Shown here: one piece after another, positions 25,401 through 40,829 of the stretch
How the letters are laid out: each line of letters opens with the position of its first letter
Position numbering within the stretch: the first letter of the stretch is position 1
Origin: Eledone cirrhosa
Lineage: Eukaryota
DNA: 64,000 bases
Direction of reading: 5' to 3'
NCBI GenBank assembly: GCA_964016885.1
Contig: OZ024744.1
Coordinates: forward strand, 112,840,001 to 112,904,000
Program-made: the position numbers and the translations under genes
The notes under the pieces: generated by a model
What the model was told of the DNA's origin: nothing
What the model saw: the letters and a program-made list of their open reading frames with translations, nothing else
The model's database searches: none

Positions 25401-28400
25401 ACTGGACTACTTACTACGCTATACTGTACCACACAATGTTGACACTGAACTACTTACCACACTACACTGTACCACACAATGTAGACCCTGGACTACTTAC
25501 TACACTGTTCCACACAATGTAGACCCTGGACTACTTACTACACTGTACCACACAATGTAGACCCTGGACTACTTACTACACTGTACCACACAATGTAGAC
25601 ACTGGACTACTTACTACACTGTACCACACAATGTAGACACTGGACTACTTACAACACTGTACCACACAATGTAGACACTGGACTACTTACTACACTACAC
25701 TGTACCACACTATGTAGAGCCTGGACTACTTTCTATACTGTACCACACAATGTAGACAGTGGACCACTTACTACACTACACTGTACCACACAATGTAGAC
25801 ACTGGACTACTTCCTACACTGTACCACACAATGTAGAGACTGGACTACTACTACACTGTACCACACGATGTAGACCCTGGACTACTTACTACACTACACT
25901 GTACCACACTTGTAGACCCTGGACTACTACTACACTACCACTCCATATAGACCCTGGACTACTTACTGCACTAAGCTGTACCACACAATGTAGACACTGG
26001 ACTACTTACTACATTACACTGTACTACAGAATGTAGACCCTGGACAACTTAATACCCTGTACCGCAGAATGTAGACCCTGGACTACTTACTACACTACAC
26101 TGTACCACTCAATGTAGACCCTCGATTACTTACTACACTCCACTGTACCACACAATATAGACCATGGACTACTTACCACACAATGTAGAAACTGGACTAC
26201 TTACTACACTGTACCACACAATGTAGACCCTGGACTACTTACTACACTAAACTGTACCACACAATGTAGACACTGGACTACTTACTACACTACACTGTAC
26301 CACACAATGTAAACCCTGGACTACTTACTAAACTATACTGTACCACACAATGTAGACCCTGGACTACTTACTACACTGTACCACACAATGTAGACACTGG
26401 ACTACTTACTACACTATACTGTACCATGCAATGTAGACCCTGGACTACTTACTACACTTTACTGTACCACACAATGTAGACCCTGGACTACTTACTACAC
26501 TACACTGTACCACACAATGTAGATCCTGAACTACTTACTACACTACATTGTACCACACAATGTAGACCCTGGACTACTCACTACACTGTACCACACAATT
26601 TAGACCCTGGACTACTTACTACACTACCAAACAATGTAGACCCTGGAATACTTACTACACTGTACCACACAATGTAGACCCTGGACTACTTACTAAACTA
26701 TACTGTACCACACAATGTAGACCCTGGACTACTGACTACACTGTACCACACAATGTAGACCCTGGACTAATTACTACACTACACTATACCACACAATGTA
26801 GATCCTGAACTACTTACTACACTGCACTGTACCACACTATGTAGACACTGGACTACTTACTACGCTATACTGTACCACACAATGTTGACACTGAACTACT
26901 TACCACACTACACTGTACCACACAATGTAGACCCTGGACTACTTACTACACTGTTCCACACAATGTAGACCCTGGACTACTTACTACACTGTACCACACA
27001 ATGTAGACCCTGGACTACTTACTACACTGTACCACACAATGTAGACACTGGACTACTTACTACACTGTACCACACAATGTAGACACTGGACTACTTACAA
27101 CACTGTACCACACAATGTAGACACTGGACTACTTACTACACTACACTGTACCACACTATGTAGAGCCTGGACTACTTTCTATACTGTACCACACAATGTA
27201 GACAGTGGACCACTTACTACACTACACTGTACCACACAATGTAGACACTGGACTACTTCCTACACTGTACCACACAATGTAGAGACTGGACTACTACTAC
27301 ACTGTACCACACGATGTAGACCCTGGACTACTTACTACACTACACTGTACCACACTTGTAGACCCTGGACTACTACTACACTACCACTCCATATAGACCC
27401 TGGACTACTTACTGCACTAAGCTGTACCACACAATGTAGACACTGGACTACTTACTACATTACACTGTACTACAGAATGTAGACCCTGGACAACTTAATA
27501 CCCTGTACCGCAGAATGTAGACCCTGGACTACTTACTACACTACACTGTACCACTCAATGTAGACCCTCGATTACTTACTACACTACACTGTACCACACA
27601 ATATAGACCATGGACTACTTACCACACAATGTAGAAACTGGACTACTTACTACACTGTACCACACAATGTAGACCCTGGACTACTTACTACACTAAACTG
27701 TACCACACAATGTAGACACTGGACTACTTACTACACTACACTGTACCACACAATGTAAACCCTGGACTACTTACTACACTGTACCACACAATGTAGACCC
27801 TGGACTACTTACTACACTATACTGTACCACACAATGTAGACCCTTGACTACTTACTACACTGAACCACACAATGTAGACACTGGACTACTTACTACACTA
27901 TACTGTACCATGCAATGTAGACCCTGGACTACTTACTACACTTTACTGTACCACACAATGTAGACCCTGGACTACTTACTACACTACACTGTACCACACA
28001 ATGTAGATCCTGAACTACTTACTACACTACATTGTACCACACAATGTAGACCCTGGACTACTCACTACACTGTACCACACAATTTAGACCCTGGACTACT
28101 TACTACACTACCAAACAATGTAGACCCTGGAATACTTACTACACTGTACCACACAATGTAGACCCTGGACTACTTACTAAACTATACTGTACCACACAAT
28201 GTAGACCCTTGACTACTTACTACACCGTACCACACAATGTAGACACTGGACTACTTACTACACTATACTGTACCACGCAATGTAGACCCTGGACTACTTA
28301 CTACACTTTACTGTACCACACAATGTAGACCCTGGACTACTTACTACACTACACTGTACCACACAATGTAGATCCTGAACTACTTACTACACTACATTGT

Positions 28401-28800
28401 ACCACACAATGTAGACCCTGGACTACTCACTACACTGTACCACACAATTTAGACCCTGGACTACTTACTACACTACCAAACAATGTAGACCCTGGAATAC
28501 TTACTACAGTACACTGTACCCCACAATGTAGACCCTGGACAACTCACTACACTGTACCACACAATGTTGACTGTGGACTACTTACTACACTGTACCACAC
28601 AATGTAGACCCCTGACTACTTACTACAGTGTACCACACAACGTAGACACTGGAACACTTACTAGCCTATACTGTACCACACAATGTAGACCCTGGACTAC
28701 TTACTACACTACACTGAACCACACAATGTAGACACTGGACTACTTACTACACTACACTAGCACACAATTTAGACACTGGACTACTTACTACACTATACTG

Positions 28801-30803
28801 TGTAGCAGGAGTTGTCTCCCTTGTTGTGACTCTCATATCACCAATAGATTAACGCTCTCTAGATAGGAAGTAGAACCCTTTCTGTAACTTCCGTTCCAAC
28901 CCTATAAAGGGAATAACTTTAAGCTCCCTATCTCTCATTTGCCTATCCGGTTCCTGGCCTTAGGCCAGGCGCATTCGCCTGGCAACCAAGCGGTAACTAA
29001 TAACTTTTCTTCATTCTCTCATCTATTCATTGACATGTCAACTATACTGTTCTATATATTCACAAATTGTTAATTAAATATTATACACACAAACCACGTC
29101 TCTTGTTATATTCATACACACCAGTATTTAGCTATAAGTGGTGACCCCGAAAAAAGAAAAAAATAGCAGAATCTGGTGTTGTGTGAGTAACATTACGAAT
29201 AGGTAGCAAATTTCATTGACAAACTATGAAAATACGCAGACACAGAACGGAAAACACGCACATGTGAAATTCTCGTTCAGTCAGACTCTTTTTCTCTCAC
29301 GCATCAACTCACTGTCGCATTTCACTGTATATATATATATATATCTATTTCGTTTCTTCTTACAACGAACACTATAAAAAAAAAAAAAAAAAAAAAAAGA
29401 AATTTGATTTTTTCTTTTAAACATTTCAACATGAACATTTATTTTCGATGAATCTCAACTATTGCTTTTTTTCATCGTTTTCTTCATCGTTCAAATTTTT
29501 TTCATCGTTAACAAAAAAAAAAATTGAACTCACCATATTTGTTATACTAAGTGAAGCCTTTCTTTCTTTTTCATCATTGTCACTTTCACACACCTATTTT
29601 TTCAAAATGGCTGCCAACGACCTGTTGCACTATCATTTTCGCGCCATTTTCTCGCGCAATAGAAATATTTTTTTTCAACTTAACCTTGTTTTGACACGTG
29701 TATGCAGCAGAATTCTCGACTCACGGAGATAACGTTTCTCACCAAGGATTCTCCAACGTTAAGCTATATTCTCCTATTTGCCGGTTTAAAAATTTACCAC
29801 GTAAATTTGCCGTTGAAAACTGCGCATTTATTCAGAATGCTTATTTCTTTGGTCGCTGGCCTCTTGACCCTTCCAGGTCAACGCATTCTCAACATCGACC
29901 ATCAACTTCGGCTGTTATTTCTAGCACTTTGCGCAACTCATTTTTTCTAAAAAAAAATTCTTACTGTGAATTTAAACATCGAATACGCTAACTCCGCGAG
30001 ACAACAACATCAACATCAACAACCAAAACCAGCAGAACAAGCCAGAGCATTTATTTTTGAAGCACTCTTCCTGTGAGAAAATCCATTCTGAGGTTGGAAA
30101 TTTCACGTTATACCACAGAACAGAAACCACCTGCATTCATTCTCTAGAACACACTTTCTTTCCTGCTGTCATGTGATTGCACAGCTGTGAACTGTATTTT
30201 GAACATTTGAACTTTGAGCTCTTCTCTTACTTTGATTACATTGTATCTTTGGGTGATGGATAGATAGATGTCCAGTCGTTCTCTGGCCAAGAGCGGTTGG
30301 CTACCTTGATATCTATCATTGATTTTTGCATGCATATATTTTGCTGTTTTCCTATTATTGCAAACATTAATTTTTTCGTAATTTTCATGCCTGTTACAAC
30401 ATTCTCGCCAACTTACTAAATACATATTTCATTCGATTTTTACATTTTAAAAATCTGGCGGGTGGTAATGTAGCAGGAGTTGCCTCCCTTGTTGTTACAC
30501 TCACATCACCAATAGATTAACGCTCTCTAGATAGGAAGTAGAAGCCTTTCTGTAAATTCCGTTCCAACCCTATAAAAGGAATAATTTTAAGCTCCCTATA
30601 TCTCATTTGCCTTTTCGGCTCCTGGCCTTTGGCCAGGCACATTCGCCTTTCGTCCAGACGGTGGCTATTAACTTTGCTTCATTCTCTCATCTATTCGTTG
30701 ACATGTCAACTATACTGTTTATATATCCACAAATTGTTAATTAGATATTATACACACAAACCACGTCTCTTGTTATATTCATACACACCAGTATTTAGCT
30801 ATA
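28801..30803 (+). mobile_element. Non-autonomous LTR retrotransposon (Ty3/Gypsy, CsRn1-like signals) inserted in the satellite
   Basis: LTRs 28801-29136 and 30469-30803 (TGTAGC...GCTATA); TSD ACTG at 28797-28800 and 30804-30807; PBS TGGTGACCCCGA at 29139-29150, complementary to the tRNA-Trp 3' end; degenerate PPT before the 3' LTR; 1.33-kb interior with no gag or pol ORF. Confidence 0.92.
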
Positions 30804-33800
30804 ACTGTACCACACAATGTAGACCCAGGACTACTTAATACACTACAATGTACCACAAAATGTATAAACTGGACTACTTACTATACTTTAACATACAATG
30901 TAGACCCAGGACTACTTACTACACTACACTGTACTACAAAATATAGACCCTTGACTACTTTCTACGCTACACTATACCATGCAATGTAGACCCTGGACTA
31001 CTTACTACACTACACTGTAACACACAATGTAGACCCTGGACTACTTACTATAATACACTGTACTACAAAATGTAGACCCTGGACGACTTACTACACTGTA
31101 CCACACTATGTAGACCCTGGACTACTTACTACACTACACTGTACCACACAATGTAGACACTGGACTACTTACTACACTGTACCACACAATGTAGACCCTC
31201 GACTACTTACTACACTGTACCACACTATGTAGACCCTGGACTACTTACTACACTGTACCACACTATGTAGACCCTGGCCTACTTACTACACTACACTGTA
31301 CCACACAATGTAGACACTGGACTACTTACTACACTGTACCACACAAAGTAGCTTCTGGCCTACTTACTACACTGTACCACACAATGTAGACACTGGACTA
31401 CTTACTACACTACGCTGTACCACACAATGTAGAACCTGGACTACTTACTACACTACACTGTACCACACAATGTAGACACTGAACTACTTCCTACACTATA
31501 CCACACAATGTTGACACTGGACTACTACTACACTGAAGGACACAATGTAAACCCTGGATTACTTACTATACTACACTGTACCACACAAAGTAAACACTGG
31601 ACTCGTTACTATACTACACTTTACAACACAATGTAATCACTGGACTACTCACTACACTACACTCTACCACACAATGTCGACTCTGGACTACTTACTACAC
31701 TGTAACACACAATGTAGTCCCTGGACTACTTACTACACTGTACTGTATTACACTATGTAAACACTGGACTACTTACTACACTATACTGTACCACACAATC
31801 TAGACACTGGACTACTTACTACACTACACTGTACCACACAATGTAGACACTGGACTACTTACTACACTACACTGTACCACACAATGTAGACACTGGACTA
31901 CTTACTACACTAACCACTCAATGTAGACCCTGGACTCCTTACTACACTACACTGTACCACTCAATATAGACACTGGACTACTTACTACACTGTACCACAC
32001 AATCTAGACACTGGACTACTTACTACACTACACTGTACCACACAACGTAGACCCTGGACTCCTTACTACACTACACTGTACCACTCAATGTAGACCCTGG
32101 ACTCCTTACTACACTACACTGTACCACAAAATCTAGACACTGGACTACTTACTACACTGTACCACACAATGTAGACACTGGACTACTTACTACACTACAC
32201 TGTACCACACATTGTAGACACTGGACTACTACTGCACTGAAAACACACAACGTAGACCCTGGACTACTTACTACACTACACTGTACCACAATGTAGACAC
32301 TGGACTACTTACCACACTGTACCACACAATGTAGACACAGGACTACTTACTACACCTTACCACACAATTTAGACCCTGGATTACTTTCTACACTACACTA
32401 TACCACACGATGTAGACGCTGAACTACTTACTACACTACATTCTACCACATAATGTAGACACTGGACTACTTACTACACTGTACCACACTATGTAGTCCC
32501 TGGACTACTTACTACACTGTACCACACAATGTAGACCCTGGACTACTTACTACACTGTACCACACAATGTAGACCCTTGACTACTAACTACATTGTACCA
32601 CACAATGTAGACACTGGACTACTTACAGCACTATACTGTACCACACAATCTATACACTGGACTACTTACTACACTACATTGTACCACACAATGTAGACAT
32701 TGGATTACTTACTACACTACACTGTACCACACAATGTAGACACTGGCCTACTTATCACACTACACTGTAGCACACAATGTTCACCCTGGATCACTTACTA
32801 CACTACACCACACAATGTAAACACTGGACTACTTACACAATGTAGACACAGGACTATTTCCTACATTGTACCACACAATGTAGACGCTGGACTACTTACT
32901 ACACTGTACCACACATTGTAGACATTGGACTACTACTACATTGTACCACACAACGTAGACCCTGCACTACTTACTACACTACACTGTACCACACAATGTA
33001 GACACAGGACTACTTACTACACTACAATGTATTACACAATGTAGACCCTGGACTACTTTCTGCACTACACTGTACCACACAATGTAGACACTGAACTACT
33101 TACTACACTACATTCTACCACAGAATCTAGACACTGGACTACTTGCCACACTGTACCACACTATGTAGAGACTGGACTACTACTAGACTGTACCACACAA
33201 TGTAGAGCCTGGACTACTTACTACACTACACTTTACCACACATTGTAGACCCTGGACAACTACTACACTGAACCACACCATATAGATGCTGGCCTACTTA
33301 CTACCCTAAATTGTACAACATAATTTAGACACTGGACTACTTACTACACTGTACCACACATTGTAGACCCTGGACTACTTACTACACTGTACCACACAAT
33401 GTAAACACAGGACTACTTACTACACTACACTGTACCACACAATGTAGATCCTGGACTACTTACTACACTGTACCACTCAATGTAGACCCTGGATTACTTA
33501 CTACACTGTACCACACAATGTAGAAACTGGACTACTTACTACACTGTACCACACAATGTAGACCCTGGACTACTTACTACACTACAATGTACCACAATGT
33601 AGACCCTGGACTACTTACTACACTACACTGTACCACACAATGTAGACCCTGGACTATTTACTACCCTGTACCACACAATGTAGACCCTGGACTATTTACT
33701 ACCCTGTACCACACAATGTAGACCCTGGACCACTTACTACATTACACTGTACCACACAATGTAGAGCCTTGACTACTTACTACACTGTACCACACAATGT

Positions 33801-36800
33801 AGACACTGGACTACTTACTACACTATACTGTACCACACAATGTAGACCCTTGACTACTTACAACAGTGTACCACACAATTTAGACACTGGACTACTTACT
33901 ACACTATACTGTACCACACAATGTAGACACTGGACTACTTAATACACTACACTGTACCAGACAATGTAGATCCTGGACTACTCACTACACTTTTCCACAC
34001 AATGTAGACCCTAGACTACTCACTACACTGTACCACACAATCTAGACCCTGGACTACTCACTACACTGTACCACACAATGTAAACGCTAAACTACTTATC
34101 ACACTACCAAACAATGTAGACACTTGGACTACTTACTACAGTACACTGTACCACACATTGAAGACCCTGGACTACTTCCTACAGTGTACCACACAATGTA
34201 GACGCTGGACTACTTACTACACTACACTGTACCACACAATGTAGACATTGGACTACTTACTACACTACACTGTAGCACACAATGTAGACACTGGACTACG
34301 TACTACACTATACTGTACCACACAATGTAGACCCTGGACTACTTACTACACTACACTGTACCACACAATGTAGACACTGGACTACTTACTACACTGTACC
34401 ACACAATGTAGACCCTGGACTACTTCCGACATTGTACCACACAATGTAGACACTGAACTACTACATGGTAGCACACATTGTAAACCCTGGACTACTTACC
34501 ACACTACACTGTACCACACATTGTAGACACTGGACTACTACTACACTGTACCACACAACGTAGACCTTGGACTACTTACTACACTACACTCTACCACACA
34601 TTGTAGACACTGGACTACTTACTACACTACACTGTACCACACAATGTAGACCCTGGACTACCTACTACACTGTACCACACAATGTAGACCCTGGACTACT
34701 TACTACACTGTACCACACAATGTAGACCCTGGACTACTTACTACACTGTACCATATAATGTAGACCCTGGACAACTTACTATACTGTACCACACATTGTA
34801 GACACTGGACTACTTACACTACACTGTACCACACAATGTAGATCCTGGACTGCTTACTACACTACACTGTACCACACAATATTAACACTGGACTACTTAC
34901 TACACTAAACTGTACCACACAATGTAGACACTGGACTACTTACTACACTACACTGTACCACACAATGTAAACCCTGGACTACTTACTACACTGTACCACA
35001 CAATGTAGACCCTGGACTACTTACTACACTATACTGTACCACACAATGTAGACCCTTGACTACTTACTACACTGTACCACACAATGTAGACCCTGGACTA
35101 CTTACTACACTATACTGTACCACACAATGTAGACCCTTGACTACTTACTACACTGTACGACACAATGTAGATCCTGGACTACTTACTAGACAACACTGTA
35201 CCACACAATGTAGACACTGGACTACTACTACAGTACACTGTACCACACAATGTAGACACTGGACTACTACTACAGTACACTGTACCACACAATGTAGACA
35301 CTGGACTACTTATTACACTGTACCACACAATGTAGACCCTGGACTACCTACTACAATACACTGTACCACACAATGTAGACACTGGACTACTTAGTACACT
35401 GTACCACACAATGTAGACAATGGACTACTACTTCACTGTAACACACAATTTAGACCCTAGACTACTTACTACACTACGCCGTACCACACATTGTAGACCC
35501 TGGACTACTTACTACACTATAATGTACCACAATGTAGACCTTGGACTACTTACTAAACTAAACTGTACCACACAATGTAGACCCTGGACTACTTAGTACA
35601 CTGTACCACTCAATGTAGACACTGGACTACTTACTACACTGTACCACACAACGTAGACACTGGACTACTTACTACACTATACTGTACCACACAATGTAGA
35701 TCCTGGACTACTTACTACACTACACTGTACCACACAATTTAGACCCTGGACTACTTACTACAATACACTGTACCACACAATGTAGACACTGGACTACTTA
35801 GTACACTGTACCACACAATGAAGACACTGGACTACTACTTCACTGTACCACACAATGTAGACACTGGACTACTTACTACACTACTCTGTACCACACATTG
35901 TAGACCCTGGATTACTTACACTACAATCTACCATAGAATGTAGACACTAGACTACTTACTACACTGTACCACACAATGTAGACCCTGGACTATTTACTAC
36001 ACTGTATCACACAATGTAGACACTGGACTACTTCCTACACTATACCACACAATGTTGACACTGGACTACTTACTACACTGTATCACACAATGTAGACCCT
36101 GGACTACTTACTATACTACACTTTACAACACAATGTCGACACTGGACTACTTACTACACTACACTGTACCACACAATGTAGACACTGGAATATTTACTTC
36201 ACTGTACCACACAATGTAGACACTGGACTACTTACTACACTATACCACACAATGTTGACACTGAACTACTTACTACACTGTACCACACAATATAGACACT
36301 GGACTACTTACTACACTACACTGTACCACACAATGTAGACACTGGACTATTTACTACACTGTACCACACAATGTTGGCACTGGACTACTTACTACAATGT
36401 ACCACACAATGTAGACACTGGACTACTTACTATACTGTACCACACAATGTAGACCCTGGACTACTTCCTACACTATACCACACAATGTTGACACGGAACT
36501 ACTTACTACACTGTACCACACAATGTAGACACTGGACTACTTACTACACTACACTGTACCACACAATGTAGACACTGGACTATTTACTACACTGTACCAC
36601 ACAATGTTGACACTGGACTACTTACTACAATGTACCACACAATGTAGACACTGGACTACTTCCTACACTCTACCACACAATGTAGACCCTGGACTTTTTA
36701 CTACACTGTACCACACAATGTAGACCCTGGACTACTTACTACACTACACTGTACCACACAATGTAGATACTGGACTACTACTACACTGTACCACACAATG

Positions 36801-39800
36801 TAACTTCTAGACTACTTACTACACTGTACCACACAATGTAGACCCTGGACTACTTACTACATTACACTATACTACACAATGTAGAACTTGTACTACTTAC
36901 TACACTACACTGTACCACACAATGTAGACCCTGGACTACTTACTACACTACACTGTACCACACAATGTAGACACTGGACTACTTACTACACTGTACCACA
37001 CAATGTAGACACTGGACTACTTACTACACTGTACCACACAATGTAGACACTGGACTACCTACTACACTACACTGTACCACACAATGTAGACACTGTACTA
37101 GTACTACACTGTACCACACAATGTAGCTTCTGGACTACTTACTACACTGTACCACACAATGTAGACACTGGACTATTTACTACACTACACTATACCACAC
37201 AATGTAGATACTGGACTACAACTACACTTTAGCACACAATGAAACTTCTAGACTACTTACTACACTGTACCACACAATGTAGACACTGGACTACTTACTA
37301 CACTACACTGAACCACACAATGTAGACCCTGGACTATTTACTACACTACACTATACCACACAATGTAGATACTGGACTACTACTAAACTGTACCACATAA
37401 TGAAACTTTTAAACTACTTACTACACTGTACCACACAATGTAGACCCTGGACTACTTATTACACTACACTCTACCATACAATGTAGACCCTGGACTACTT
37501 AGTACACTGTACCACACAATGTAGACCCTGGACTACTTACTACACTACACTGTACCACACAATGCAAACCCTGGACTACTTACTACACTACACTGAACCA
37601 CACAATGTAGACCCTGGACTATTTACTCCACTACACTGTACCACACAATGTAGACACTGGACTACTTATTACACTACACTCTACCACACAATGTAACTTC
37701 TAGACTACTTACTACACTGTACCATACAATTTAGACCCTGGACTACTTACTACACTACACTCTACCACACAATGTGGACCCTGGATTACTCACTACACTG
37801 TACCACACAATGTAGACCCTGAACTACTTACTACACTACACTGTACCACTGAATGTGGACTCAGAACTACTTACTACACTGTACTGCACCACACAATGTG
37901 AAGCCTGGACTACTTGCTACACTGTACCACACAATGTAGACCCTGGACTACTTACTACACTCTAAGGTAGCACACAATGTAGACAATGGACTACTTACTA
38001 TACTGAACCACACCATGTAGACCCTGGACTACTTTCTCCACTACAATGTACCACACAATATATAACCTGGACTACTTATTACCATGTAGCACACAATGTA
38101 GACACTGGACTACTTACTACACTACACTGTACCACACAATGTAGACCCTTGACTACATACTACACTGTACTGTATTACACTATGTAGACCATGGACTACT
38201 TACACTATACTGTACCACGCAATGTAGACCGTGGACTACTTACTACAATACAATGTACCACACAATGTATAACCTGCTCTACTTATTACAATGTACCACA
38301 CAATGTATAACCTGGTCTACTTATTACCCTGTACCATACAATGTAGACCCTGGACTACTTATTACACTTCACTGTACCACGCAATGTAGACCCTGGACTA
38401 CTTACTACATTACACTATACTACACAATGTAGACACTGGACTACTTACTACACTGTACCCCACAAAGTAGACCCTGGACTACTGACTACACTACACTGTA
38501 CCACACAATGTAGACACTGTACTAGTACTACACTGTACCACACAATGTAGCTTCTGGACTACTTACTACACTGTACCACACAATGTAGACACTGGACTAT
38601 TTACTATACTACACTTTACAACACAATGTAGACACTGGACTACTTACTACTCTACACTCTACCACACAATGCAGACACTGGACTACTTACTACACTGTAC
38701 CACACAATGTAGAACCTGCACTACTTACTACACTACACTACCACACACTGTAGACCCTGGACTACTCACAACACTACCACACAATGTAGACCTTGGACTA
38801 CTTACCACACTACACTGTACCCCACAATGTAGACACTGGACTACTTACTACACTGTACCACACAATGTAGAGCCTGGACTACTTACTATACTACACTTTA
38901 CAACACAATGTAGACCCTGGACTACTTACTACGTTGTACTGTATTACACTATGTAAACCCGGACTACTTACTACACTGTACTCTAGCACACAATGTAGAC
39001 AATGGACTACTTACTACACTACACTGTACCACACAATATAGACCTGGACTACCTACTACACTGTAGCACACAATGTAGAGCCTGCACTACTTACTACACT
39101 ACACTGTACCACACAATATAGACACCGGACTATTTATTACACTGTACCACACAATGTAGACACTGGACTACTTACTAGACTATACTGTACCACACAATGT
39201 AGACCCTGGATTACTGATTACAATACACTGTACCACACAATGTAGACATGGACTACTTACTACACTGTACCATACAATGTAGACACTGGACTACTTCCTA
39301 CATTATACCACACAATGTAGATACTGCACGACTACTACACTGTACCACACAATGTAGACCCTGCACTACTTACTACACTGTACCACACAATGTAGACACT
39401 GGACTACTTACTACACTACACTGTACCACACAATGTAGACAATGGACTACTTACTACACTCTACCACACAATGTAGACCCTGCACTACTTACTACACTGT
39501 ACCAAACAATGTAGACCCTGGACTTCTTGCTACACTATACCACACAATGTAGACCCTGGACTACATACTACACTACACTGTACCACACAATGTAGACCCT
39601 GGACTACTTACTACACTACACTGTACCACACAATATAGACCCTGGACTACTTACTATACTGTACCACACAATGTAGACCCTGGACTACTTACTACACTGT
39701 ACCACACAATGTACACCCTGGACTACTTACTACACTACACTGTACCACACAATGTAGAACCTGCACTACTTACTACACTACACTGTACCTCACAATGTAG

Positions 39801-40829
39801 ACACTGGACTACTTACAACACTGTACCACACAATATAGACCCTGGACTACTTACTACACTACACTGTACCACACAATGTAGACCCCGGACTACTTACTAC
39901 ACTGTACCACACAAAATACACCCTGGACTACTTACTACACTACACTGTACCACACATTGTAGAACCTGCACTACTTACTACACTACACTGTACCTCACAA
40001 TGTAGACACTGGACTACTTACAACACTGTACCACACGATATAGACCCTGGACTACTTACTACACTACACTGTACCACACAATGTAGACCCCGGACTACTT
40101 ACTACACTACACTGTACCACACAATGTAGACCCTGGACTACTTACTGCACTACACTCTACCACAGAATGTAGACTCTGGACTACTTACTACACTGTACCA
40201 TACAATGTAGACCCTGCACTACTTACTACACTACACTGTACCATATAATGTAGACCCTGGACTACTTACTACGCTGTACCACACAATGTAGACCCTGGAC
40301 TACTTACTACACTACACTGTACCACACAATATAGACCCTGGACTGCTTACTATACTGTACCACACAATGTAGACACTGGACTACTTACTACACTACACTG
40401 TACCACACAATGTAGACCCTGGACTACTTACTACACTACACAGTACCACACAATATAGAGCCTGGACTAATTACTATACTGTACCACACAATGTACACCC
40501 TGGACTACTTACTACACTACACTGTACCACACAATGTAAAACCTGCACTACTTACTACACTACACTGTACCTCACAATGTAGACACTGGACCACACAATA
40601 TAGACCCTGGACTACTTACTACACTACACTGTACCACACAATGTAGACCCCGGACTACTTACTACACTGTACCACACAATGTACACCCTGGACTACTTAC
40701 TACACTACACTGTACCACACAATGTAGACCCCGGACTACTTACTACACTACACTGTACCACACAATGTACACCCTGGACTACTTACTACACTACACTGTA
40801 CCACACAATGTAGACCCCGGACTACTTAC

